Origin: Rudaea sp.
GTDB lineage: Bacteria > Pseudomonadota > Gammaproteobacteria > Xanthomonadales > Rhodanobacteraceae
Length of the DNA stretch: 45,001 nucleotides
Direction of reading: 5' to 3'
Assembly: GCA_035465735.1 (NCBI GenBank)
Contig: DATIVQ010000004.1
Coordinates: forward strand, 1 to 45,001
The position numbers and the translations under genes were made by a program. The notes under the pieces were generated by a model. That model was not told the DNA's origin, made no database searches, and saw nothing but the letters and a program-made list of their open reading frames with translations. Numbering within the stretch: position 1 is the stretch's first letter; every line of letters starts with the position of its first letter. Below are positions 17,738 to 27,759 of the stretch, piece after piece.

Positions 17738-20584
17738 CTAGCGGCTGGCGCGCGCTTCGTGCTGCGACTGGTGCAAACGGAAGGCCTCGACAATCTGCGC
17801 GCGCAGATCCGCGTCGCTCCACGGTTTGGTCAGAAACTTGTAGATCGCGCCGCGGTTGATCGCATCGGTCACAGCTTGCAAGTCGGTATATCCGCTCAGC
17901 ACCATGCGCACCGTGCCCGGGTACATTTCCTTTACGCGACTGAGGAATTCGGTGCCGCTCATGCCCGGCATGCGCTGGTCGGAGATGATTACCTGGATGT
18001 CGTGCCGGGCCAGCAGCTCAAACGCCTCCTGCGCGGCGGTTGCGGTGAAGATGTGATAGCCATCGCGGCGCAGTGTGCGCGTCAGCGCACGCAGAATGTT
18101 TTCTTCGTCATCCACGAGCAGCAGGGTGCGCTCGTCCCGCGACTGCATTATGTCGTGCTGGTTCATGTAGCGCTGGCGCAGCAGTTCCAGCGCTTGCTCC
18201 GGCGTGACGGCCTTGCTGAAATAGTAGCCTTGAAATGCATCGCAGCCGTTACGCAGCAGGTAGCCGACCTGCGCCGCCGTTTCCACGCCCTCGGCCATGA
18301 CCTGCATGCCCAGTTGATGCCCCAGGCCGATGATCGCCCGACAGATTCCCGCGGAACTCGCGTCGACCGCGATATCGCGCACGAAACTCTGGTCGATCTT
18401 GAGACGATCCAGCGGAAATCGGCGCAGGTAATTGAGGCTGGAAAACCCGGTGCCGAAATCGTCCAACGCAATTCCCACGCCGATCGCCTTCAGCAACTTC
18501 ATTGCATGGGCGACCAGATCGGCGCGTTCGGCCAGCATGCTCTCGGTCAGTTCGATCTCCAGACAGCGCGCGGGCACATTGTATTCCGCCAAACGGGCCT
18601 TGATTCCGTCGACGAAGCCGGGACGCTGGAACTGCAGGCTTGACACGTTGATCGAAATGAAAAAATCCTGCGCTCCGCCTTCGATCCAGGCGCGGGCCTG
18701 CCGGCACGTGGTCTCGACCACGAAATTGCCCAACTCGATGTTCAACCCGAGTTCCTCGGAAATCGGGATGAACCGCGCCGGGGCGAGCAAGCCGAACTCG
18801 GGGTGCTGCCAACGCAGCAGCGCCTCGAAACCGAGAATTTGCCAGTCTTGTCCGCGAATCTGCGGCTGATACTGCACGATCAACTGGCCGTCGGTGATGG
18901 CATGGCGCAACTGCCGCCCCAACGCGCGCTTCTCGAACAGTTCCTTTTTTTCCTCGTTGGAAAATGCACGGATCGTGTTGCGCCCCTCACGCTTGGCGCG
19001 GCGCATCGCTGTTTCGGCTTCACGCAACAGCTCCAGCGCATCGCTGCCGTTGTCCGGATAACAACTCGTGCCGATGCTGCAGGTGAGATAGATGGGATTT
19101 TCCTCGAGCGCGATCGGCTCCTCCAGACGCAGTCGTACCGTCTCGGCGAAATCCAGTTGATCCAGCGCGCTGCTTGCATCCGCCAGCACGATGACGAACT
19201 CATCGCCGGCCACGTGTGCCACCCAGCCCTGTTCTTTCACCAGATCGCACAATCGTCCGGCGATGACGCGCAGCACGTCATCGCCGGTGGCGCGCCCATG
19301 GTTTTCGTTGACCATCTGGAAGCGGTCGATGTTCAAGTACTGGACGATGATGCGGCTATTTTCCGCCACAGCGAGCGCGAGCGCCGCGTGCAGCCGTTCC
19401 TCGGCCAGTCCCAGACGCGGCAAATCGGTGACGTGATTGTGAGTCATCTGGTGCGCGAGCGTTTCCTGCGCGCGCCGGCGCGCGGCGACTTCCAACTCCA
19501 GGTTCATTGCGCGACTCTGGATCTCTCCGTACATGGCCAGGTTGCCGTAGGCCATGGATATCTGGGAGGCCAGAATCGACGCAAATTGCTCGTCCTCGCT
19601 ATCGAACGCCGCTCCGCCTTCCTTGTCGGCCAGATAAATCCATCCCTTGACTGGCGTCACGGATCGAGCTGGAATCTGCACGACCAGCAGCGAATGCACC
19701 GGCGGATGGAAATCCGGCAATCCCAATGTCGTGGGCAATGCGCCGTTGTCACGCAGACGTATCGGCTTGCCGGTCGCCATGACCCGACCGATCGCGCCGT
19801 CGGTCGGATTGATACCGGCCAGCAATTTTTTGCTCTCCTCGTCCAACCCGCAGGCGGCCACCTGCAGCGTATTCTTGCCGTCGGGTGTGCAAAGGCCCAT
19901 CGCCACGTAGCGGCACTGCATTGCGCCGCGCGCCAAATCGCAGAATTGGTCCAGCATCGGTGTGACTTCGCGTTGCGACGACAAAGTCAAGTTCAGTTCC
20001 AGCAGGCGTGCCAGGCGCAGGCCGAGCACTTGGAGCGAATAAAGCAAGGCGTCGTTGTCTTTTTCCGGCTCACCGAAACCGCCATCCGTGCTTAGGTTCA
20101 GGGTGCGGCGCAAACTGGCCTGCAGGTCGTTCAAGTCGCGCATGTAGCCGGGCAGCTTCGCCGCGAGGAAACTCGGATAGGTCGTGGCCTCCCGCGGCAC
20201 AAGCTGCACAGCCGGTGCGTTGCCGAGGATTCGCGCTACCGTGTCGAGAATTTCCTGTGGCTCCGCCGGTTTGGACAGGATAGTGCTGACCCCGCAGGAA
20301 TCGGCAAGCACGCGCGCTTCTGGATAGCGGTACGTGGCGGTATAAAAGATGATGGGAATGTTCGCAGTGGCCGGATCCGCGCGGATGCGGTCGGCGAATT
20401 CAACGCCGCCCATGTTCGGCATCAATATGTCGGTGATCACCAGATCCGGGCGGGCTTCGCGGACGCGATCCAGCCCCTGCAAACCGTCGGAGGCTGCGTA
20501 CACGGTATGCCCGGCGAAGCGGAGCAGCGCGTCCAGAAATTCCAGATTGGCCGCGTTGTCCTCAACGACAAGAATTGTCGACAT
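17738..20584 (-). CDS. REC-GAF-GGDEF(degenerate)-EAL-REC c-di-GMP phosphodiesterase
   Basis: N-terminal ILVVEDN...DILMP receiver, GAF-like region, AGDEF, EALLRW, EIELTES, ALDDFGTGFSSL, KIDQSF, AEGVET, C-terminal LLVDDE...DQRMP receiver. Confidence 0.93.
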   Translation of the reverse strand: MSTILVVEDNAANLEFLDALLRFAGHTVYAASDGLQGLDRVREARPDLVITDILMPNMGGVEFADRIRADPATANIPIIFYTATYRYPEARVLADSCGVSTILSKPAEPQEILDTVARILGNAPAVQLVPREATTYPSFLAAKLPGYMRDLNDLQASLRRTLNLSTDGGFGEPEKDNDALLYSLQVLGLRLARLLELNLTLSSQREVTPMLDQFCDLARGAMQCRYVAMGLCTPDGKNTLQVAACGLDEESKKLLAGINPTDGAIGRVMATGKPIRLRDNGALPTTLGLPDFHPPVHSLLVVQIPARSVTPVKGWIYLADKEGGAAFDSEDEQFASILASQISMAYGNLAMYGEIQSRAMNLELEVAARRRAQETLAHQMTHNHVTDLPRLGLAEERLHAALALAVAENSRIIVQYLNIDRFQMVNENHGRATGDDVLRVIAGRLCDLVKEQGWVAHVAGDEFVIVLADASSALDQLDFAETVRLRLEEPIALEENPIYLTCSIGTSCYPDNGSDALELLREAETAMRRAKREGRNTIRAFSNEEKKELFEKRALGRQLRHAITDGQLIVQYQPQIRGQDWQILGFEALLRWQHPEFGLLAPARFIPISEELGLNIELGNFVVETTCRQARAWIEGGAQDFFISINVSSLQFQRPGFVDGIKARLAEYNVPARCLEIELTESMLAERADLVAHAMKLLKAIGVGIALDDFGTGFSSLNYLRRFPLDRLKIDQSFVRDIAVDASSAGICRAIIGLGHQLGMQVMAEGVETAAQVGYLLRNGCDAFQGYYFSKAVTPEQALELLRQRYMNQHDIMQSRDERTLLLVDDEENILRALTRTLRRDGYHIFTATAAQEAFELLARHDIQVIISDQRMPGMSGTEFLSRVKEMYPGTVRMVLSGYTDLQAVTDAINRGAIYKFLTKPWSDADLRAQIVEAFRLHQSQHEARASR

Positions 20585-21018
20585 CAATCGACCCCATGGC
20601 GCAACCCGTACACGCTAAAATCGCATCCGACGAGATGTGCTGTCAACGTCTTCCTGCCGCCACTGCATCCTCGGTGCGTGATAGTGTGCAGGGTGCCGAC
20701 CTGCATGCGCACGTCGCCGCCTCCGCAGCGATACGATCATGCATTCCGGGTTGCCGACCCGCCGCTGCCCGCGCAACGGCACGTGCCGGACGAGGCGATC
20801 AGTGATCTCGGCACGGGCAACACGCGCGAAATCCTCGCTGCAACCACCCAGTGCAACCCGGCGCAGGCGCGCAAACTCGGCGCGGGCACGCGGGCGAGAC
20901 TCGCATTGTGCTTGACGATGCTCAGGGCGTTCGCACTGGGGTTTCTGATTTGACGAAAAACCTGAAGTCGTGGGCCCAGGCAGACTCGGCGCCGAATCCC
21001 TGCGCGAATGCCTGCGTA

Positions 21019-21561
21019 CTATCCTATGTCCGCATCTTCCAGCTCTAACACGATCCCGCCGTTCGCCGCGCGCTCGACCTGGGTGATGCCGGGGCATTCG
21101 GTCTCCAGCTGGCGCAAGTGTCGCTCGCTGCGCACTTCGCGCTGCATTCCCGGCACCGCGACGTTGCGCCGGCCGACGCTTGCCAGGATCGAAACCACGG
21201 CACGCTGAAGTTCGTCGTCGTCCCAGGGTTTCTTGATGAACCGGGTCAGTTGCGCCTCGTTGATGGCGGCGATGATCGCGTCGCGGTCGGCGTAGCCGGA
21301 AATGATCACGCGCGGGACGTGCGGCTGGATGTCCATCAAGCGGATCAGGAAATCCACGCCGTTCATCGACGGCATCCGGTAGTCCGTAAGCACCAGGTCG
21401 AATTCGGTCTCTTCGCACCGCTCGATCGCCGCCTCCGGCGAGGTGACCAGATCCAGCTTCAGTGCGTCGCCGTCCAGCCGGCTGACATCGATGGACGCCA
21501 GACTGCGGCGCAACGCGCTGAGGATGTTCGGTTCGTCATCGACGAGAAGAATGCGATACAT
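21019..21561 (-). CDS. Response regulator (receiver domain with short C-terminal tail)
   Basis: MYRILLVDDEPNIL, DYRMPSMNG, IISGYAD, FIKKPWDDDEL; tail LETECPGITQV. Confidence 0.9.
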   Translation of the reverse strand: MYRILLVDDEPNILSALRRSLASIDVSRLDGDALKLDLVTSPEAAIERCEETEFDLVLTDYRMPSMNGVDFLIRLMDIQPHVPRVIISGYADRDAIIAAINEAQLTRFIKKPWDDDELQRAVVSILASVGRRNVAVPGMQREVRSERHLRQLETECPGITQVERAANGGIVLELEDADIG

Positions 21562-21566
21562 TGAAT

Positions 21567-22949
21567 TTACTCCTTGCCCGGCGAGCCGGATTGGTTGATC
21601 GGCAGCTCGATCTGGAACATCGTGCCGTGCCCCGGCGCGCTGGTCACATCGATCGTGCCATGGTGCTTGGCCACGATGCCGTAGGAAATCGCCAACCCCA
21701 GGCCGGTACCCGTGCCAACAGGCTTGGTCGTGAAAAACGGATCGAATATGCGCGGCAGCAAATCCGCGGGAATGCCTTCGCCATCGTCGCCGATGCAAAT
21801 GCGGACCTTGTCGCCGCAGCGCTCGGTGCTGACGGTGATGATGCCCTGCGTCTTGATCGCCTGACCGGCATTGATGAGGATGTTCATGAACACCTGGTTG
21901 AGCTCGGACGGCAGGCATTCGATCAACGGAAGCTCACCGAACGTCTTGACCACCTGCGCCTTGTATTTGAGTTCGTTCCAGACGATGTTCAGAGTGGATT
22001 CCAGACCTTCGTGCACGTCGGCCTGCACCCAGTTGACCAGATGATCGCAGCGGGAAAAATCCTTCAGGTCGCGCACGATCTTGCAGACCCGGTCAATGCC
22101 ATCGCGCGATTCGTCCAGCAATTGCTGCACGTCGGTGGCCAGAAAGTCCAGATCGCATTGCAAATCCACATGTTCGATCGCCGCCACCGCCGCCGCGTCG
22201 TGGGGGGCGGCCGCCGCGGCCGCGTATGCGCGCATCGCCGCGATCAGCTGGCCCGTATACTGCTGCAGGGAATTCAGGTTCGACTTGACGTAGCCGATCG
22301 GATTGTTGATCTCGTGCGCCACCCCGGCAGCCAGTAGGCCGATCGAGGCCAGCTTCTCGCTCTGGATCACCTGCTCCTGCACGCTCTTCAGGCGCGAGTA
22401 GGCGATCTCCAGATCGGTGTTGCGCTGGTGCAATTCGGCATCGCGGCCGTATTCAAGCGTGATGTCGCGCACCGAAAGGCCGTACGGTGCCGTACGCTTG
22501 TCACCCAGCGCGGAAAGCTGCGCAAACAGCACGCGGCGCTGTTCCTGGGACCCACCCAGCACGACCTCTCCGATCCAGGTTCCGCGTTCCTGGCACGCCT
22601 GCAGCGCATGCGCGGGCAGAAGATCCGGATGCCAATCGCGGACCATTCGCGGCTCCTCGCCCCGCTTGTCGGGATTGAGCATCGCCGCGAAGATGCGCGC
22701 AGCGCGATTGGCGTAGATAACCTGTTCGTCGGCATCGAACAGCAGGGTCGCCATGGACGATGCGTCGACAAACGTCTGTAAGTGGAAAGGCATGTCGCGA
22801 TCCGGCGCGTTCGTGCGCATGGTCTGAAGGCAAGACACGATGCCGGACTGCGTGTGCCCACGGTTTCGAGCAGCCGATGCGGCTGCATGCGGTTCGATCG
22901 CCACGCTCGACGAATTGGTCGATGCCTGCATCGCATCCATCTTGCTCAC
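21567..22949 (-). CDS. PAS-domain cytoplasmic histidine kinase
   Basis: PAS-like VIYANRAA...RDIT, SEKLASIGLLAAGVAHEINNPIG, FDPFFTTKPVGTGTGLGL. Start uncertain. Confidence 0.92.
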   Translation of the reverse strand: MSKMDAMQASTNSSSVAIEPHAAASAARNRGHTQSGIVSCLQTMRTNAPDRDMPFHLQTFVDASSMATLLFDADEQVIYANRAARIFAAMLNPDKRGEEPRMVRDWHPDLLPAHALQACQERGTWIGEVVLGGSQEQRRVLFAQLSALGDKRTAPYGLSVRDITLEYGRDAELHQRNTDLEIAYSRLKSVQEQVIQSEKLASIGLLAAGVAHEINNPIGYVKSNLNSLQQYTGQLIAAMRAYAAAAAAPHDAAAVAAIEHVDLQCDLDFLATDVQQLLDESRDGIDRVCKIVRDLKDFSRCDHLVNWVQADVHEGLESTLNIVWNELKYKAQVVKTFGELPLIECLPSELNQVFMNILINAGQAIKTQGIITVSTERCGDKVRICIGDDGEGIPADLLPRIFDPFFTTKPVGTGTGLGLAISYGIVAKHHGTIDVTSAPGHGTMFQIELPINQSGSPGKE

Positions 22950-23075
22950 CTGCCACGGTTCAAGCGGGCGATACTAGGCAGCGCGCGATACTCGAACAAT
23001 CCGTACAACTACCTATCCAGGAATTGGCCGCACCGGGGCATCCGGCGTGGGCGCAGCAACACGGATCGGCGTATC

Positions 23076-25604
23076 ATGAAATCGACGATGAAAGCCGCTG
23101 GATGGTCGATGGCACCCAAGCTCCGAGCGTCGGATTCGCACGATTCCCTGCGCCTGGCGGCGCTCGTAGAATCCTCGCACGACGCGATCATTGGCAAGGA
23201 TCTGCGCGGCATCGTCACCGCCTGGAACCGCGGCGCCGAGGAAATGTTCGGGTACCGCAGCGACGAGATGATCGGCTCCTCGATCCGCGTCATCATACCT
23301 GCCGACCGGCAGGCTGAAGAAGACCGGATCCTGCAAGCGGTAGGGCGTGGGGAACGGGTCGACCAGCTCGAAACGGTCCGGCTCGCCAAGGATGGACGGC
23401 CGATCGAGGTTTCCATCGTGGTCTCGCCGATCAAGGACGCACGCGGCAAGATCGTCGGCATTTGCAAGATTGCGCGCGACATCTCGGTGATGCTGCAACG
23501 CGAACGCGAGGCAGCGCGGATGTTGCACCTGTACGAGGCCCTGAGCCAGATCAATCAGACCATCGTCTGGAGCCGCACGCGCGAGGAATTGCTGAGCAAG
23601 ACCTGTCGAATTCTCGTCGAGAATGCCGGTTTCACCCTCGCCTGGGTCGGCTGGCACGAGCCGGCAACGCAGCGCATCGTCCCGCTGGCGATCGGTGGCG
23701 CGTACGAAGAATACGTCCGCGACATTTCCGTCTACGCGGACGATCGACCGGAAGGGCGCGGACCTTCCGGCACCGCGTTTCGCAGCGGCAGGCGCTACAT
23801 CACCAACGACCTGCAGGACGATCCGGCGGCGCTGCCATGGCGGGAGAGCATGGTGCGCCACGGCCTGCGCGCGGCCGCGGTATTTCCGATCCGCGAAAAC
23901 GGCAGCATTCGCGGCACCTTGAACGTGTACGCAAGCCAGCCCGGGTTTTTCCAGCAACGCGAGATCGCCCTGCTCGAGGAAGCCGCGGGCGACATCAGCT
24001 TCGGGCTGGACAACTTGGCGCGCGACGAGGCCGCACGCGCGGCGGAAATGGCGACGCAGCGCGAGCGGCATTTCTCGGACGCGATGATCGAGAGCATGCC
24101 GGGCATTTTGTACCTGTACGACGGGAACGGGCGCTTTCTGCGCTGGAACCGGCAATTCGAGCGCGTTTCCGGCTACGCGGCGGACGAGATTGCGCGAATG
24201 CATCCACTGGACTTCTTCGACAAGGCGGACAAGCCGCTGCTGGAGGCGAAGATCGCCGAGGTATTCGCCACCGGAAGCGCCACGGTGGAGGCGTCGTTCG
24301 CTACCAAGGGTGGGCGCGCGCTGCCGTATTTCTTCACCGGCCGGCGCGTGGAACTGGATGGAATGCCCTGCCTGGTCGGCATCGGCATCGATGTTTCCGC
24401 GCGCCACGAAGCGGAAAGAGCGCACAAACTGAGCGAAGAACGTTACCGGCGGCTGTTCGATTGCGCACCCGATGGCATCGTGTTAGCGGACCACGACAGC
24501 GTGTATCTGGAAGCCAACCCCAGTATCTGCCGGATGCTTGGATACTCGCGCGACGAGCTGGTCGGCCGCCACGCCCGGGACATCGTCGTACCCACCGAAC
24601 TGGAGCATGTCGATCCTGCGATACGCGAAATCGCCAGCGGCAGCGACTATCATCGCGAATGGATCTTCCGGCGCAAGGACGGCTCGACATTTACCGCCGA
24701 CGTCATCGGCGCGCTGATGCCCGACGGCACGATCATGGGCATGATCCGCGACATTACCGACCGCAAGCGCGCCGAGTTGGCTCTGCGCGATCTGAACGAA
24801 ACCCTGGAGCTGCGCGTCACCACCCGTACGGAAGAGCTGCGCTCCGCCCTGGTTCAAGCCGAAGCCGCGGACAGGACCAAATCAGCGTTTCTCGCGACCA
24901 TGTCGCACGAATTGCGCACGCCGCTCAATTCCATCATCGGATTCACCGGGTTGATTCTGATGGGTCTGGCCGGGCCGCTGAACGACGAGCAGACCAGGCA
25001 GCTCGGCATGGTGCAGAAAAGCGCCAAGCACCTGCTCGAATTGATCAACGACGTGCTCGACCTGTCGAAAATCGAAGCCGGTCAGTTCGTGATCCATGCC
25101 GAACCGTTCGATCTGCGTGCCGTCATCGAGCATGCCGTCGAGTTGGCCAGGCCGCTGGCCGACAAGAAAGGGATCGCGCTTGCCGCCACGGTGGAACCGG
25201 GCATCGGCGAGATGCGCAGCGACCCGCGGCGAGTCGAGCAGATCCTGATCAACCTGCTCCACAATGCGATCAAGTTCACCGAATCCGGCAGCGTGACCCT
25301 GAGCGCCGAACCCGTGCCGTCAACAACCGATCCCGGATCCCGGCCGGATCCTGGCGGCGCACGCATCGCCGTCATGGATACCGGTATCGGCATCAAGCCC
25401 GAATTGATCGCCATGTTGTTCAAGCCGTTCCAGCAGATCGACAATGGACTGTCGCGAAACCGCGAGGGCACCGGCCTCGGGCTGGCCATTTCGCAACGTC
25501 TGGCGCATCTTCTCGGCGGCGAAATCAGCGTCGTCAGCGAATGGAGCCGCGGCAGCCGATTCACCGTTTTCCTTCCCATCCACAGCGAACCTGATCCCGC
25601 ATGA
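23076..25604 (+). CDS. PAS-GAF-PAS-PAS histidine kinase
   Basis: VESSHDAIIGKDLRGIVTAWNRGAE PAS, GAF region, two further PAS domains, FLATMSHELRTPL H-box, NLLHNAIKFT, DTGIGI, GTGLGL. Start uncertain. Confidence 0.93.
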   Translation: MKSTMKAAGWSMAPKLRASDSHDSLRLAALVESSHDAIIGKDLRGIVTAWNRGAEEMFGYRSDEMIGSSIRVIIPADRQAEEDRILQAVGRGERVDQLETVRLAKDGRPIEVSIVVSPIKDARGKIVGICKIARDISVMLQREREAARMLHLYEALSQINQTIVWSRTREELLSKTCRILVENAGFTLAWVGWHEPATQRIVPLAIGGAYEEYVRDISVYADDRPEGRGPSGTAFRSGRRYITNDLQDDPAALPWRESMVRHGLRAAAVFPIRENGSIRGTLNVYASQPGFFQQREIALLEEAAGDISFGLDNLARDEAARAAEMATQRERHFSDAMIESMPGILYLYDGNGRFLRWNRQFERVSGYAADEIARMHPLDFFDKADKPLLEAKIAEVFATGSATVEASFATKGGRALPYFFTGRRVELDGMPCLVGIGIDVSARHEAERAHKLSEERYRRLFDCAPDGIVLADHDSVYLEANPSICRMLGYSRDELVGRHARDIVVPTELEHVDPAIREIASGSDYHREWIFRRKDGSTFTADVIGALMPDGTIMGMIRDITDRKRAELALRDLNETLELRVTTRTEELRSALVQAEAADRTKSAFLATMSHELRTPLNSIIGFTGLILMGLAGPLNDEQTRQLGMVQKSAKHLLELINDVLDLSKIEAGQFVIHAEPFDLRAVIEHAVELARPLADKKGIALAATVEPGIGEMRSDPRRVEQILINLLHNAIKFTESGSVTLSAEPVPSTTDPGSRPDPGGARIAVMDTGIGIKPELIAMLFKPFQQIDNGLSRNREGTGLGLAISQRLAHLLGGEISVVSEWSRGSRFTVFLPIHSEPDPA

Positions 25605-25981
25605 GCAAGACCGTACTATTGATCGAAGACAACGAGCAGAACCGTTATCTGGTGACCTTCCTGCTTGAAAGCGGCGGCTATCGAGTCGTGTCGGCTGAAG
25701 AAGGCGCGCGCGGCATCGAATTGGCCAGGGAGCTGAAGCCCGATGTCATCCTGCTCGACATCCAGCTGCCGCGAATGGACGGGTATGCCGTCGCCCGAGC
25801 CTTGCGAATCATCGAGGAGCTGCGTGGCGTACCGATCATCGCCGTGACTTCGTATGCGATGCTCGGCGATCGGGCCAAAGCACTGGACGCAGGCTGCACG
25901 GGTTACATCGAGAAACCGATCGATCCCACAACCTTCGCAAAGCAGATTTCGACATTTGCGGCGTTTGCGGAAAGCGCGTAA
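25601..25981 (+). CDS. Single-domain response regulator (DivK/CheY-like)
   Basis: VLLIEDNEQN, LLDIQLPRMDG, IIAVTSYAM, YIEKPID; ATGA overlap with the kinase. Confidence 0.93.
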   Translation: MSKTVLLIEDNEQNRYLVTFLLESGGYRVVSAEEGARGIELARELKPDVILLDIQLPRMDGYAVARALRIIEELRGVPIIAVTSYAMLGDRAKALDAGCTGYIEKPIDPTTFAKQISTFAAFAESA

Positions 25982-26067
25982 CGCATGGTTCGCGTCGGAC
26001 AAACGATCCCATCCGCGCGGTAGCCGGGCGCCGGGAGTCTTTCGTCGACAAGACAGCTGCACGCCCG

Positions 26068-26240
26068 CCGGCAGTACATGTCAGAGCACCGCAAAATACT
26101 GTAGTTCGCCCCCACCGAACGGCAGCCACGGTCCGGGCGTCGGCAGCGCGACGACCAGCGGCTTGCGCCCAATGAGCACGAACGGCATGCAGGCGCCGGC
26201 AATGAGCAGGAACATCGCGATCGCGCGCATGCGCAAGCGG
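26068..26240 (-). pseudogene. Degenerate, internally deleted copy of the hemolysin-III (trhA) gene
   Basis: Three DNA segments match about 28153-28189, 28273-28350 and 28494-28542. Trp TGG has become TGA at 26083-26081. Confidence 0.85.
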
Positions 26241-26401
26241 CAGGATTGAAAACCTCGGCAGTGGCCAGGCGCAACCCGGCCATCCGCATGTCGTGCCCAT
26301 GCGCTCCATGCAGGCCCGGTTCGGCCATCCGTTGCGGCGCAACATGGCGCTACCGTCACAATTTTCCTAAACTTCGCGGTTTGCGCTGTTGCGGTGCCAC
26401 C

Positions 26402-27268
26402 ATGGCTTTGCTTTTGCGTTTTTCCGCTTTTCCGTTTGTCGCGATCGTCGCCATGACCGTCATGCTGTCATGCGCCGGTTGCAGCGAGCGCTTCACCGAT
26501 CCCTCCACGTCGACCGCACCGATCGCGTCCGCCGTAGCGGCGGAAACCCGGCCCGAAACCGATGCCGGCAAGGGTAAGGGCTACACGTTTCAAATCGTTT
26601 ATCCGGCGCTGGCGCCGGATTGGAAACCGCTCGACGAGGCGATCCGTCATTTTGCCGCCGCGCAGAAGAAGGAATTTCTGGGCGAAAGCTCCGCCAGCGA
26701 CCGCGATTCCGGCGTCGACTACACCCTGGATCTGAATTTCGCCGTCGCCCGCCGCACCGCGGACTTCGTAAGCGTCATGGCCTCGGGCTCGTCCTTCATC
26801 GGCGGTGCGCATGGCATGCCGATCCTCGCCAGCTTCAACCTCGACCTCGCCACCGGCAAACTCACGCCCTTGCCCGAGTTGTTCGCCGATGCGCAAGCCG
26901 GCCTCAACGCGCTCAGCGCCGAATGCCGTCGCCAGCTCGAAGGCCGCTACGAAGCAAAAGTACGCGAGAGTCCGGGCGCCATGACCCCGGCACAGCAGGC
27001 ATCGGACATCCAGTTCATGAAACGCTGGATCGAGAAGGGCACCGCGCCGGACGCCGCGAATTTCGGCGTTTTCCTGATCGACGGACTCGACACGCGCGCG
27101 ATTGGCGTGACCGTGATCTTTCCGCCGTACAAGGTAGCCTCGTACGCGGACGGCCCGCAGCAAGTGGAAGTCCCGGCCAAGGTCTTCTACGACCTGCTCA
27201 AACCGGAGTACAAGGACGCCTTCGCGATCGATACCGAAGCGGCCAAGCTCGGCGCGGGTGTGCGTTGA
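26402..27268 (+). CDS. RsiV/PdaC-like (DUF4163/DUF3298) exported lipoprotein
   Basis: Signal with SCAGC lipobox-like site, FIGGAHG, FNLDLATGKLTPLPELF, FPPYKVASYADGPQQVEVP. Confidence 0.8.
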   Translation: MALLLRFSAFPFVAIVAMTVMLSCAGCSERFTDPSTSTAPIASAVAAETRPETDAGKGKGYTFQIVYPALAPDWKPLDEAIRHFAAAQKKEFLGESSASDRDSGVDYTLDLNFAVARRTADFVSVMASGSSFIGGAHGMPILASFNLDLATGKLTPLPELFADAQAGLNALSAECRRQLEGRYEAKVRESPGAMTPAQQASDIQFMKRWIEKGTAPDAANFGVFLIDGLDTRAIGVTVIFPPYKVASYADGPQQVEVPAKVFYDLLKPEYKDAFAIDTEAAKLGAGVR

Positions 27269-27759
27269 GCGCAACGCTGCTGCAGACGGGGTATTTCGTC
27301 CTCGCCGGCATCCTGATCCTGGTCGGGATGGCCGGCGCGGTCGTACCGCTCCTGCCGGGCGTGCCGCTGGTGTTCGGCGGCATGCTGCTGGCGGCATGGG
27401 CGGATGGATTCCACCACATCGGTGCACTCACGCTGATCGTTCTCGGCCTGCTCGCGGCGTTGGCGCTGCTGGTGGATTTCGTCGCCGGCGTGCTGGGCGC
27501 CAAACGCGTCGGCGCGAGCACGCGCGCGCTGTGGGGCGCCAGCATCGGCATGCTCGTCGGATTCTTCTTCGGCCTTCCCGGCCTGCTGTTGGGGCCGTTC
27601 CTCGGCGCACTGATCGGTGAATTGTCGGCAGGCAAAAAACTCGATCACGCCACGCGCGTCGGCATCGGCACCTGGATCGGCCTGCTGTTCGGCACCCTGG
27701 CGAAACTCGCGCTGTGCTTCACCATGCTCGGCGTGTTCGCGTTGTCTTTCGTGATCTAG
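27265..27759 (+). CDS. DUF456 family membrane protein
   Basis: GAVVPLLPGVPL, LGAKRVGAS, GPFLGALIGEL; TTG start overlaps the upstream stop. Confidence 0.85.
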   Translation: MSATLLQTGYFVLAGILILVGMAGAVVPLLPGVPLVFGGMLLAAWADGFHHIGALTLIVLGLLAALALLVDFVAGVLGAKRVGASTRALWGASIGMLVGFFFGLPGLLLGPFLGALIGELSAGKKLDHATRVGIGTWIGLLFGTLAKLALCFTMLGVFALSFVI

